Assembly: GCA_018398765.1 (NCBI GenBank)
Contig: JAHBMJ010000046.1
Coordinates: forward strand, 116,984 to 136,983
Origin: Chromera velia
Taxonomy: Eukaryota
DNA: 20,000 nucleotides
Direction of reading: 5' to 3'
Shown here: positions 1 through 10,315 of the stretch, one piece after another
Layout: the number at the start of each line of letters is the position of its first letter
Numbering within the stretch: the first letter of the stretch is position 1
Notes under the pieces: generated by a model
The model's database searches: none
Seen by the model: the letters and a program-made list of their open reading frames with translations, nothing else
What the model was told of the DNA's origin: nothing
Position numbers and translations under genes: made by a program

Positions 1-1725
1 GACAGTCAGTACCTCCAGAAAGGCCGAAAGCTCGACACGAGGGATGGATAGCGAGTGAGTGAATCTTCATTTCGTTCCAACCCATCTTTGAGGCCTTCGC
101 ACAAGCCTTCACTGACACCGCAATGGATGCAAGCACGTTTGGTCATGAATGAAGCAAGATGGACTTCTGTCTGTCTGTCAGGCAGCACGAAGGAAGGAAG
201 AGATGACAGGATGATGAGGGATGCCACCCACAGACAGAACGAAGAAGAACGAAGAGCGCACAACGAGGAAGAGAGGACAGAAGAGAAGAGAGAAGAAGAA
301 CAGCTCTAGGAGCTCACCCACGTAAGTCATAGAAAGGCATACATGACGTGCAAACTTGTCAGGAAGAAAGAAAGATGGAGGACAGCGAAAAGACAGGAAG
401 GAAGAAAAAAAGACAGCAGGAAAAAGAATGGGAGAATGACAACATGCAGAAAAGTATGGGCGCGGGTATTTCTTATCTTTCCTTGCTTTTTTCGATTTTG
501 TTGTCCTACGCCCTTTTGTGTCTCTCCTTGAGCAGCAGATGATTGTTCGGCTTCATCTGCTTTTCACAACTCCTTTTTTTTTCAGATCTGAAAATGCCCC
601 AACCAATACATGCAAGGAACCAACCTCCACCTTTTTTTACACGTACTCAGACAGGAACAGAGTAGGCCTTCCACACGTGAATGCGAAAACACTCTGACCA
701 TGATTTTCTGGATTGCATACAGTCGCAGGCACAGGCACAGTCGGTCGGTCACAGAATGCAGACAGGCAGGAAGGTGGGTAGAGAGATGTTTACTTTTCTC
801 ACAATAAACCTTTTGTGTTGTTGCTTCTTTGTTTCTTTCTCTTTTTTTGCGGGGCGCTAGTGGACACGAGTGAGCAGGAGAAAAGAAAAAAGATCGGGGG
901 CTATCCCCGGTAGGAGGGAAAGCGAAGGGACAGGGCAAGCAGGCAGGCAGACTGCGGCTCTTTGCGCTGTTGCGAGGGAGGGGAATTAAGAAGGACCCCT
1001 CTCTCCCACACTGTCTGTCTGCTCTACTCAGCTCAGCTCAGCTCTGCGAGTGGAGGGAGGGAACGAAATTGCATGGGTGCGTGTGTTTCTGTCTGTCTAT
1101 CTGTCTTTTTACTTTCATTCGAATTACGATGCGATTGGAGTTGGCAGCCCGAGTCCGCCCATGCACTGACCGACCACGCTGTCTAACTCTCACGCTCTCC
1201 CTTCTTCCGAACAACACCCACCTTCTTCGTTGCACGTTTTCGATAAGGCAACCGCAACCGATTTTTTGAAACCTTTTCTTTTCAATACATGTCTGTTGCT
1301 TTTATGTTTCCCCCCTTCTATTCGAATTCACCAAAAGTGCAAGAAAAACAAATAAAGGCTACATACAATAAGCAGGAAAGAAAGACCATATGACAAGGCG
1401 CAACCGTCCTTCTCCTTCGAACCCTTCCCCCCCTTTGGATCAGGAGTTGCATGGGAAAGAAAAGAGTGGGGACAGAACCATACCCGTCTCATTCAGTAGC
1501 AGCAGAAAAAACCACCAAACGGAGCACACGGCACCGCTCGGCGGATGATGAAGAAAGCTGACCGAAAGTCGACCGACAGGCCTGCCACCCATTAAAAAAA
1601 CCGACCAGGAGGTGAACTCCTCGCAGGCCAGCTAACGTACAGGGCATTTTCGCATCTTCAGATCAACCCTCTTCCTCTGCCATCCCAGACGCAGACAGAA
1701 AAACAAATCAACAAGTTAACCACCA

Positions 1726-1746
1726 CCCCCCCCCCCCCCCCCCCCC
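1726..1746. repeat. Poly-C homopolymer (21 nt)
   Basis: Directly visible. Confidence 0.9.
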
Positions 1747-2533
1747 TCATTCCTCTTTCCCTTCTGGATGAAGACAGACGACCACTGTGTTTTCTAGTGG
1801 TGTTGAGTTGCCATTTCGCAATCAACCCACCGACTGTCCCCCCCCTTCCTTCCTTCCTGTTTGCGCCTTCTGACCCAGGGATGCATGACGTCACTCAAAA
1901 AAGGAAAGACCGACGTCAAAAAAAGAAAAAAGGAAGAGACATCATTCAAGGCGGACCACGCTAGAAAGCCTGTTGGCAATGAGGAAGACAAAAAGACAAG
2001 AAGAGAAAGAAAGAAAGAAAGAAAGAAGTGCGCGAGTAAGGAACGAAAGGAAAGGGGCAGGACGGAATTTTACCGAATCAAATCCCCTATCACCTCCATC
2101 AAGATTCCTCCCGGTTCCCTTCATTTCTTCTTTCACAAAGTCTGTCTGACAGCCCCCCTCCCTCTATCCTGCCTCCAGGCATCCAGCGTGACTCACCCCC
2201 CTCTGTTCGATCTCTTCAACGATCTCACCCCTGACACCCCACTTCTTCTCTTTCAATCGTTTCGTTTCTTTCTTTCCTTCTTTCTGTGTATCCATCTCTT
2301 CAAGATGATCATCGAATTCGACCGGCCTCTTTCTCTTCCACTCCCCCCCTTCCCTTCACCCCCCTTCCGACAAGAGAAGAAAGCCCAGCCTCTTATGGAG
2401 GCAGCAGAGAAATCCAGCGCCCCCCTTTGTTCCTTTTGTTTTGCTGCTGTCTTTCCCAAAGTGCCATCACACACATGCACGTACGCACATACGAAGAACC
2501 AAGCAAAGAAAGAAAGAAAAACAGACAGAGCTC

Positions 2534-4711
2534 TCAAGCCCACTCTGGTGTCTCGCTTCCACTCCTCCTGTATCCTCCCCCACCGCCACCGCCATGCGCC
2601 CATCTTCCCCTACTGCCCCCCCCCCTTCCACCAGAGCTGGAGCCTTCTCCCCCTCCTCGTTGGGGCCTTCTGTTGCTGCTGCCCTCATTCACGCCACGTC
2701 CCCCTCCCCCTACTTCCCCCCAAATGAAGGGCTCTGGATGGCTTCCATTGGGGGGCGGGCCTGACCCTCCTGAGCTGCTTTGCATTCTGTGGGGGGGCGG
2801 ATCCCCCCCTCCGTTGCTTCTCACAGGCATCCAGGACCCGCTGCCTGAACTTGAGGCTCCCGGACGGTCACCACCCGCACTCTCTCTGTCTCTGTCTGGC
2901 AGCTTCACTATCCCTCCACCGGACTGAGACTGAGACTGCTGATCCTGCTGCCCTCCTCTCCCTCTGCCCCTCGAAGTCCGTCCATTCCGACCGCCTCCAG
3001 AGGAAGTCGGACGGCCACGAAGACCGGAACCCGAGGAACCTCCCCTTCCTCCGACGGAGGCGGAATTGGACCCCCCCCCTCCCCCACGGCCCCCCCCTCG
3101 AGGAGGAGCCCCCGACTGCTGCTGGGGGGAGGTTGAGCGTGAGGGACTCGGGCTGGTTCGAGGGATGAACACAGGTGCGTCGGCCTTCAGCTGCGTCGCA
3201 TTTGCACCGTAGTCGCTTCCGGGGCCGGGAGGTGGGTGGGGAGGTGGGAGAGATGTAGGCGAAAAGCCCGGGGGGGCATTTCTTGGAGGGTGCGTTGGGG
3301 TCCCTCCAAAGCTGAGGATGGGGGACGTGTTGTTGCTCCCCCTTGAGGGTTCCCCCTGTGAGGCAAACAGCGCTGCGACTGCAGGTGCCATTCCCCCCGT
3401 CTGCGTTCCTCTCGTTCCCTCTCTGTAAGAACGGGAAGAAGCCCCGTCGCCGGGCGGACGTGGAAGGACTGCGGCACTTGGAGAGTGCGATGGGGAGGGC
3501 CCTGATGACCTGTGACGTCCTGATCGATCCCATTCACCCCCTGTGGCTTCGGGGAGGGGAGGGGGTGGGGGCTGTGGTTGGAAATTGCTGCTCCTCTGTG
3601 AGCTTGAGATCCCTCCACTGGGGTGGCGCGCCACTTGGACGGACATGTCCTCTGGAAGTGGCGGCGGGTGCTGTGCAGCTGGGGGTGGAGGGAGGAACTG
3701 CAGCAGGGGTGATCCTCTCTGTGGCTGCTGATGTTGCTGTTGGAGTGAGGAGGAATCCTTCTGGGGGGGCATCAGGGCCCCAACGGGAGCTTGGGGTTTC
3801 TCATTCGAGGGCCCACCGGAAATTCCAAACGAGTGTGCCTGAGCAGCCTGCTGTGAGGCCCCGACGGGAGAAAACCACTCAGGCATTTCCTCCTCCTCTT
3901 CTCCCGAAGGATGTTGAGAGGGAAGTTGGGGAGGGGAAGCTCCTGATGGATGCCGACCGATGAGAGGGGCCTCAGGAGGAGAACTCATCCACCCCCTCCC
4001 CCCCACACTCCCACTAGCGTGCGGGAGGCCCATCATGCTTCCACTCCCCCCGGAAGAAAGCCGTGTCCGTCGAGGACCCGCTGCTTCGGGTCTACCCGAC
4101 ATGCTTCCCGCACTTCCTGGAGGAGCCAGAACGTCGGGGCGATTGGCGGATCCAGGGCGGATCGGGGCAGGGGAGTGAGTGGGGTAGGGGGGGACTTGTG
4201 GCGGCTGTTGATTGCTCGGGTGTTGAGACGTTGGAGGAGGGGGTGGGTGGGAACGAAGGGAGGCCGAGGCTGGCCCACTGCTCGCTGTCCCGGTCTCCCT
4301 CCCTCCTGAGACGATCCCGGCCAGCGGAAGGGACATGGGCGGAGTTTCGAATTTTCTCGAAGATGAGGATGCGGATGCGTACTGCATCTGACCAGAGGAG
4401 CCCGGTGAAAGGCCGGCAGTCTGCGGGTTGAGGTTCATCAGGGCAGGTGAACCCCTTGAGAATCTCTCGGGAGTGCGTCTGATTTGGTCAGGAGTATCAA
4501 GGTGGGAGCCGCCCCTGTTGGACAAACTGCTCGGAGGGTTATCTGCTGGGTGGGGGGGCGGTGAGGGGGGCAGAGAGGAGTTGGTCGAAATACGGGAGCG
4601 TGCAGGCAGAGGACCCCCCGACATGGGGGGGACCTGAGGCTCTTTCTGGAGACAGAAAGGGAGACGCTCCGGGCTCCCAGAGACATCACTGCCTCTCGAG
4701 GAGGTTCCCCT
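2534..4711 (-). CDS. Terminal exon: Pro/Ser/Gly/Gln-rich disordered region with PAM2 motif and RGG tracts
   Basis: Lies within the 737-aa ORF. Acceptor (GT)nGGATGCAG at 4714-4712, PAM2-like TQLKADAPVFIP at 3196-3161, stop TGA ending at 2534. Confidence 0.85.
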   Translation of the reverse strand, partial: RGTSSRGSDVSGSPERLPFCLQKEPQVPPMSGGPLPARSRISTNSSLPPSPPPHPADNPPSSLSNRGGSHLDTPDQIRRTPERFSRGSPALMNLNPQTAGLSPGSSGQMQYASASSSSRKFETPPMSLPLAGIVSGGRETGTASSGPASASLRSHPPPPPTSQHPSNQQPPQVPPYPTHSPAPIRPGSANRPDVLAPPGSAGSMSGRPEAAGPRRTRLSSGGSGSMMGLPHASGSVGGRGWMSSPPEAPLIGRHPSGASPPQLPSQHPSGEEEEEMPEWFSPVGASQQAAQAHSFGISGGPSNEKPQAPVGALMPPQKDSSSLQQQHQQPQRGSPLLQFLPPPPAAQHPPPLPEDMSVQVARHPSGGISSSQRSSNFQPQPPPPPLPEATGGEWDRSGRHRSSGPSPSHSPSAAVLPRPPGDGASSRSYREGTRGTQTGGMAPAVAALFASQGEPSRGSNNTSPILSFGGTPTHPPRNAPPGFSPTSLPPPHPPPGPGSDYGANATQLKADAPVFIPRTSPSPSRSTSPQQQSGAPPRGGGRGGGGGSNSASVGGRGGSSGSGLRGRPTSSGGGRNGRTSRGRGRGGQQDQQSQSQSGGGIVKLPDRDRESAGGDRPGASSSGSGSWMPVRSNGGGDPPPHRMQSSSGGSGPPPNGSHPEPFIWGEVGGGGRGVNEGSSNRRPQRGGGEGSSSGGRGGGSRGRWAHGGGGGGGYRRSGSETPEWA

Positions 4712-4718
4712 CTGCATC

Positions 4719-4749
<31 letters not shown>

Positions 4750-7454
4750 ACTTAACGCATTTGTACACATACACAGAGAGGCAGACAGACAGCGGGAGAA
4801 ACGATCAAACACTTTTCTGAGTGATCGAGCAGAACGCAAACGTCGAACAAAACCTCGCACCAACCGCAGGCATACATATGTTTATCAGGAAGAAGGCTCA
4901 GCAGACAGGCTGCCATACTTCAATCTGTCCCACGCTCTTGCTGTGTGTGCTGGGCGTCGACTTACCCTTGTTCGATTTCTCTTCCTGTGTCGCCTCTTCT
5001 TGATCTTCGGGGGATGCCACTCGTGACAGAACAGACAGGCTTTGTCGTTTCGACACCCCTTGTTGTGCACAAACACGCAGGGCTTGCAGAGGCCCAGATC
5101 GTGAGTCATCGAGCCAACTGCAGGAAGAGGCAAACGATCGATGAGTGTATAGAGAAGACGGAAGGAGGGAGAGCGGGGTGATTCAAGGATCAAGGAAAAA
5201 TGGACAGGTGTCAAGCATTCCTGACTGAAATGAAGTCTCAAGAGCACATGTGACGAGAGACAGCGCAAAACCATCCGTGCACTCCTTGCCTGATACGTGC
5301 CTTGACTTTGAAAAGCGATCCTCACAGAGACCGAAAGTCAACACCTGAGTCAACTCTTCACCAAAAGATCATCGGCGGGAGAGATGTAAAAATTCCGTTC
5401 TCTCCGAACGGTCAGAATCCCCTTGTCCATGCATCCATCTGTCTGCTGACTTACTGACTGACTTGACTTTGCATTAGCTCCGGAAGAGTCCAAAAGTTTG
5501 GACGAGTCGATGAACTTGTGTGCTTCTGCAGGGGTGATGTTTTCAGGAATTCCCATTTGTCGTCTCCTCTCTCTCCTCCTCTCCTCCTCTTCTTCATCGA
5601 CCTCGTCCTCATCTCCGTCACTCTCCTCATCCCCATCTGAATCTGACGGTGCTTCGTCCCCATCTGTGCTTTTCCCGTCCTGCAGGCAGGCACGTACACA
5701 TTCATGCAGGCATGCAGACAGACAGAAAGACGGGCTTCATGAAAAGGAAAGCACGGGCAAAATCGCGACAAAACAAACCATCGACCGTCAGAAACTTTAT
5801 CCTCTCACACGATGCCACACCATGCAAAGAAGTAAGTACGTGCGGTCCGAACCTCGAGCCAACAACCGACACGCCCACAACGAATTCGAAACCTTCAATC
5901 AATGAGAGCCGACCCACCCTTGCTCGTGCCTCCCTCTCGACCCTCTGAGCGAACACCTGCTCCACCGAGTCCGTCACTTGCCATCTTGGACTGCGGTCCG
6001 CCCTGTCAACGACTCGGCCCACTTGTCCTCCCTGCCCGTGCTGCCCCTGCCCTCCCCCCATGCCAATCCCTCCACGACCCTGCTGATGCTCCTGCCCACG
6101 CCTCTGCCCTGCCTGCCCCGGCACAGCTGCCGCCGCAGTGGCAGAAAACTTCCCCTTCTGCTCGAACGATACCCTCCCCTCTGTCTGCTGGGGATTCTGA
6201 GGAGCCTGTCCGGACCCAACATACTGCTGGTGAAGGAAGGTCGGGGCGTGTCTGCCGCTCGTGTTCAAACCTGCCGCATGATCCTGAGAGGGGAAGGCTG
6301 CAAGGAACGGGAAGAGGTCTCCAGACGCGGACGGCTTTACAGCCGCGGATGCAGAGGTTCTCGACACGTCACCACTGGCGGCAACGCCATCATCGTGGGG
6401 GGAGAAACGGCGGAAGGCATCGACAGACATCGACTGCAAGCAAGCAAGCAAGCAGGGAAAGACGAGAGCAACAGGCAGAGGACGGTGTGCGTACAAAAAG
6501 CGGGAAAGAGGGATTAAAGGGCAGTGGTCAACTTACAGATGCCCAACGGGTCTTTCTCTCAGTACACTGAAGAAGGAAAGAAAGGCAGAAAGAAAGTTTC
6601 TCTGCAAGTGTCTGACTGTCGATACTGTCTGTTCCTGTTTGTCTGTGTCCGCTCTCACACCTGCCTCTTCACAGACAGTCGGTGTGTGAATTTTTTAAGA
6701 TGACATTCATCTACAGATACGATTTGCCTACCGGAGTCCCAAACAACCTCCACTCTCGCTGCAACTGACCCTTCCAGAGCTCATCCGTCGCCACCCAAAG
6801 CTGACGCGCCTTCCACTTGGAGAGTAAACTCCGGCCCCTCCCATCTGCGTACTCACGGGCGAAGCACCTGGGTACCCAGCAGGCACAGCGGTTGCAGCCT
6901 GTCCCCATCCGCCTGCAAAGTTTCCTCGCAGGGCTTCTGGAGGCATATTCATGTTCAGCACTCCTGGCTGAACTTTGTAGTCTTCCGCAATGCGATGCTG
7001 CTGCCTCTGCACCTCATGGCCAGACCCGGCCTCAGCCTCCGCAACTTCTCCTTCACTCACAGCGACAGGCATGATTTGAGGAGAGTCTGGGGTCTGTGCT
7101 GTTGCTGTTGTGTGTCTGACAGGACTTCCAGTTGCCGCTTGACTGGGGGAGTTGTCAGAATGCGAATCTGAAGTCGCCCCTCCAACGGTTGAGGCGGGGG
7201 GGCCACCGGAAGATTGAAATGCTTGCTCGCCTGCGTGGTTTGAGTTGTGCCCGTCGGTGGGCGGAATGCGCATTTTCTGCATTTGGGGCAAGAGAAAGGG
7301 TCACGAGAAACACCAAGACAGGTCAGTAACTTTTATGCAACAGAAGACTTGTCTCCTTAAGGACTCATCGAAGTGGATTCGGTGCGGCAAGTCAAGCATA
7401 AGGGCTTACCTCAGAAATGCCGTCAGGTAGCGCCACAATGTTTTGGGCGGTCAT
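2534..7454 (-). CDS. Multi-exon gene: CCCH zinc-finger / PAM2 / RGG low-complexity RNA-binding protein (about 1240 aa)
   Basis: Manual model with phase-consistent GT-AG introns: exons 7454-7410 (ATG preceded by in-frame TAA; MTAQNIVALPDGISE), 7276-6770, 6566-6537, 6433-5840, 5679-5463, 5117-4966, 4711-2534. The exon 5/6 junction rebuilds KSIGSMTHDLGLCKPC. The exon 2 donor and exon 7 acceptor (alternative start at 4645, same phase) are less certain. Confidence 0.75.
4719..4747. repeat. (CA)n microsatellite at the 3' end of intron 6 of the zinc-finger gene
   Basis: Directly visible, immediately before the acceptor on the minus strand. Confidence 0.9.
4966..5117 (-). CDS. Exon encoding C3H1-type zinc finger followed by a basic NLS-like tract
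   Basis: CTTCCTGCAG acceptor, AGG|GTAAGT donor. Encodes GSMTHDLGLCKPCVFVHNKGCRNDKACLFCHEWHPPKIKKRRHRKRNRTR, containing C-x7-C-x5-C-x3-H. Confidence 0.85.
5463..5679 (-). CDS. Internal exon with acidic Asp/Glu tract
   Basis: GCCTGCAG acceptor and A|GTCAGT donor. Encodes DGKSTDGDEAPSDSDGDEESDGDEDEVDEEEEERRRERRRQMGIPEN...ANAKS and is phase-compatible with both neighbours. Confidence 0.75.
5840..6433 (-). CDS. Internal exon, Gly/Gln/Ala-rich
   Basis: (CTTG)n-CAG acceptor at 6436-6434; lies in the 264-aa ORF 5702..6496; CAC|GTACTT donor. Confidence 0.7.
6770..7276 (-). CDS. Exon 2, Ser/Ala/Gly/Pro-rich
   Basis: Lies in the 187-aa ORF 6728..7291. Acceptor at 7279-7277; the GTCAGT donor at 6769 was chosen to keep phase 0. 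Confidence 0.7.
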
Positions 7455-8282
7455 TTACTTTCTGACCGACGACACGAAGTTTGCCGAGGCAAAAGTCCTA
7501 AGCATCGAAACCGAAGATGCAAATCGAAACAAAAGAAGTCAACTCAAACTGCGATTCCACTGTCCCTAAACTTTTCTTTGTCTCACCCTCACCCGGTATC
7601 CCTGACTCTCGATGATTCCAGTCCTCTGTGAACTAGGATTCTGCTTCAACTTTCCCTCTTCAATCCCGATCAACAACAATAAAGCCGAATCAGTCGGAAA
7701 AGCGTTGTCGACGTGTTCTGATTCAGTGAACTGCATGGGGCACTAACTAATTCAGCAGCTGGACTTTGATGGAGCACACACCACAAAGTGTGTCACTGAA
7801 AGTGAATTCCATGTATGGCCAGCTTCCAATATCTTCAAGGCGTGCGCCCTCGGTTTGGCCCGCCTTCTTATGCGAATAATTCAGCGAGGCCAGACTGGGG
7901 CCTGCAATGGAGACCATTCTGCCATCCGATACTGTACCGCATTTCTGTTGCCGAAGCTGCGAGACGGCACGCGCAGCTAGCGTGCGTCAAAGCTAGGAGA
8001 GGCCGGAAAGCCGTCGCGGTCGGCCCCCCGTCACGGCAGCCGAGGCATCCGATCGAGTCATCCCAAAAACGACCAAGCCTGCACAACATGCAGCCCACGT
8101 TGACAAAAGGAAAGGCCTGTCTCGATCTGTTTCAGCACGGCATGCAGACATCAGAGACCCTCCAGTTTCTCTCCAGCGCAGGAGACGACTGTGTTCGCCA
8201 CGACGGCTTTATTGTGGCTTCGGCCAGAGCTCAGGTTTCAGTGTGAAAGAGGAGACGGGAAGTGCAAATAGATCGGCTCACA
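7455..8282. promoter_or_regulatory. Probable bidirectional promoter / 5' UTR region between divergent genes
   Basis: About 830 bp between the head-to-head start codons at 7454 (-) and 8283 (+). Inferred from gene arrangement only. Confidence 0.45.
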
Positions 8283-9518
8283 ATGGTTCCCCTCCGAACG
8301 CTCGGACTCGCCCTGTGTGTCCTCCTCCAAGAACTCGCAGGAGGGCGTGCATTTTCTGCTTCCACGTTCGATGTGCTGTCTTCTGCTCATGGGACAGACA
8401 GATGGGCAAAAAGACGAGGAAGTCCTCGTCCTCGCGGAAGTAGACGGGGACTGGGTCAAAGTTTGTTTGCCGCAGTTCTCCCGCAAGAGAGAGGAGACGC
8501 TTCTGTGCACGGCGTAGATAGCACCTTCGATATATTTTCTTCTTTCCTCCGTCGCAAGCAGGCTGAGATTTTGAACAAGCTGGAGGAAGTCGACGGGAAG
8601 GGAAAGTTCGTTCGAGAGCCCTGGTCTCAAGAGGAGACGGGAAGCGAAGGGTTGACGGCTGTTCTTGAGGGAGGCGATGTTATCGAAAAAGGTGCGTGTT
8701 CGACTTCTTTCATCAAGGGCGTACTCAGCGTCGATCGAGCGAGGGCCATGAAGCAACGAAAAGGGGCAGATGGGTGGGACTTGAAGGGGGGAGAGACCTA
8801 CAGAGCTGCTGCGTTGTCACTTGTCTTTCATTCTCGCTCTCCCCTTGTACCGACATTCCGTGCCGACGTGCGTTACTTTGAGGTGGAAGGCAAACCTGGT
8901 TGGTTTGGAGGAGGGGCTGATCTGACACCCTACTATCTTTTTGACGACGATGTTAGGGAGTTTCATGGTTTTTGGAAAGAGGTCTGCAATCGGTTCTCCC
9001 CTCGCTCCTTCCCGGTTCTCAAACGTCAATGTGATGATTATTTTTACTTACCCGCAAGGCGGGAGCATCGAGGCGTCGGAGGCATATTCTTCGACGACCT
9101 GGTGTCGTTTGAAAGTCTTTTGGGAACATCCGAAACGGGGGGAGACGCTGTGGAAGGAGAGCAGTCTCAGAGCGGCAGCAGGGAGGCTTTGGAATTCACA
9201 AAAGCTGTTGCAGAGGGGTGGCTTGACTCTTGGCTTCCTATTGTTGAAAGGAGACGGGGGCTAGAATTCACTGATCAGGAAAAGGAGTGGCAGCTGATCA
9301 GGAGAGGGAGATACCTGGAGTTCAATCTCTTGTACGACAGAGGTGTGAAATTCGGCCTTGCGGGACCAGCCGTTTCGACTGGGCGTCCGGTGCGTGTGGA
9401 GGCCGTGATGGTGTCTGCCCCTCCAGAGATCAAGTGGAAGTACAAACACGAAGTTCCAGAGGGGTCCGAAGAAGCGAGATTGGTGGAGGTTCTCAAGAAA
9501 CCTCGGGACTGGGTCTAA
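8283..9518 (+). CDS. hemF: Oxygen-dependent coproporphyrinogen III oxidase (HemF/CPOX family), plastid-targeted precursor, intronless
   Basis: Family motifs VIEKG, SLVFH, WFGGGADLTPYY, CDDYFY, RGVGGIFFDDL, WQLIRRGRYLEFNLLYDRGVKFGL and C-terminal PRDWV. First ATG at 8283 gives 411 aa. N-terminal hydrophobic signal MVPLRTLGLALCVLLQELAGGRA-F, then a Ser/Arg-rich transit-like segment. Confidence 0.95.
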   Translation: MVPLRTLGLALCVLLQELAGGRAFSASTFDVLSSAHGTDRWAKRRGSPRPRGSRRGLGQSLFAAVLPQERGDASVHGVDSTFDIFSSFLRRKQAEILNKLEEVDGKGKFVREPWSQEETGSEGLTAVLEGGDVIEKGACSTSFIKGVLSVDRARAMKQRKGADGWDLKGGETYRAAALSLVFHSRSPLVPTFRADVRYFEVEGKPGWFGGGADLTPYYLFDDDVREFHGFWKEVCNRFSPRSFPVLKRQCDDYFYLPARREHRGVGGIFFDDLVSFESLLGTSETGGDAVEGEQSQSGSREALEFTKAVAEGWLDSWLPIVERRRGLEFTDQEKEWQLIRRGRYLEFNLLYDRGVKFGLAGPAVSTGRPVRVEAVMVSAPPEIKWKYKHEVPEGSEEARLVEVLKKPRDWV

Positions 9519-10315
9519 ACTAGACCACAGTGACTCAGACACTTCAATAGTGAACGCCAACGCTAGCGCCAACGTCACTAAAAATCTATCAAGTTCAACC
9601 CGCTCGGTCACAGACTGATAAATCCTAGGATAAACTTGAATCAGAGATGACATTGTTGTGACTACGCCCGGTAGCCACTACTAGTAAGGTAGCCATTTAC
9701 TTCCATTTAGTGTACAATGTATTAGACAATGTATCCGTCGTCATATCTAGCGTCATATATAGGCCTAGATACAGACTAAACCTATACATCTCGCATTGAA
9801 TGGAGCGTTGGTTTCCTGGAACATAGCATAGTATAGCATTGATATAGCATTCATGTTGATCATATCTTATCATGCCCTACAATTTAGGTTACAAACTTTT
9901 CTAGGAATTTTTACGGCAAAGGGCAGTCGTGACTATTGACACGTCGGTAGACATTGGCTATAGAGAAAGGCTAGGAAAGAGAAAAAAAATCTTTCTAAAT
10001 CAACTTTTAATCATTTATTTTTTTTAATCTTAGAGCTGGTTTTGGAGTCGATCAATTTCTAAGCAGTGTTACTATATAGTAAAAAATACCTCCCTAAACC
10101 TAATGTCCACTTGAAAAAAAAATATCAAGATCGTCCGCGCCTACGACACGGCCAATCAAGTCTATCCAAATTTGCGGCCTAGCAAATCTCATTCAAAGAA
10201 TATAAAAAAAAATTAAAAAATAATAACGTATAAATAAATCGATATATTGCCTTTAAAATACTATTCATGCCTAGGTTTCGTACATATCATCATATATAAT
10301 CATACAATATCAATA

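Noticed and set aside
13..166. Possible minus-strand exon (VHLASFMTKRACIHCG...FWR) with AG and GT borders
   Set aside because: Cannot be linked to a start or neighbouring exon, and no homology is recognised; may belong to a gene outside the window.
1861..2727. 288-aa plus-strand ORF and other long plus-strand ORFs over 2286-4431 and 5902-6570
   Set aside because: Antisense shadows of GC-rich minus-strand exons or low-complexity UTR; no recognisable domain.
7732..8146. TGCATG (ApiAP2-type) motifs in the divergent promoter
   Set aside because: The hexamer is frequent across the whole window, including introns, so it is not promoter-specific and could result from CpG decay.
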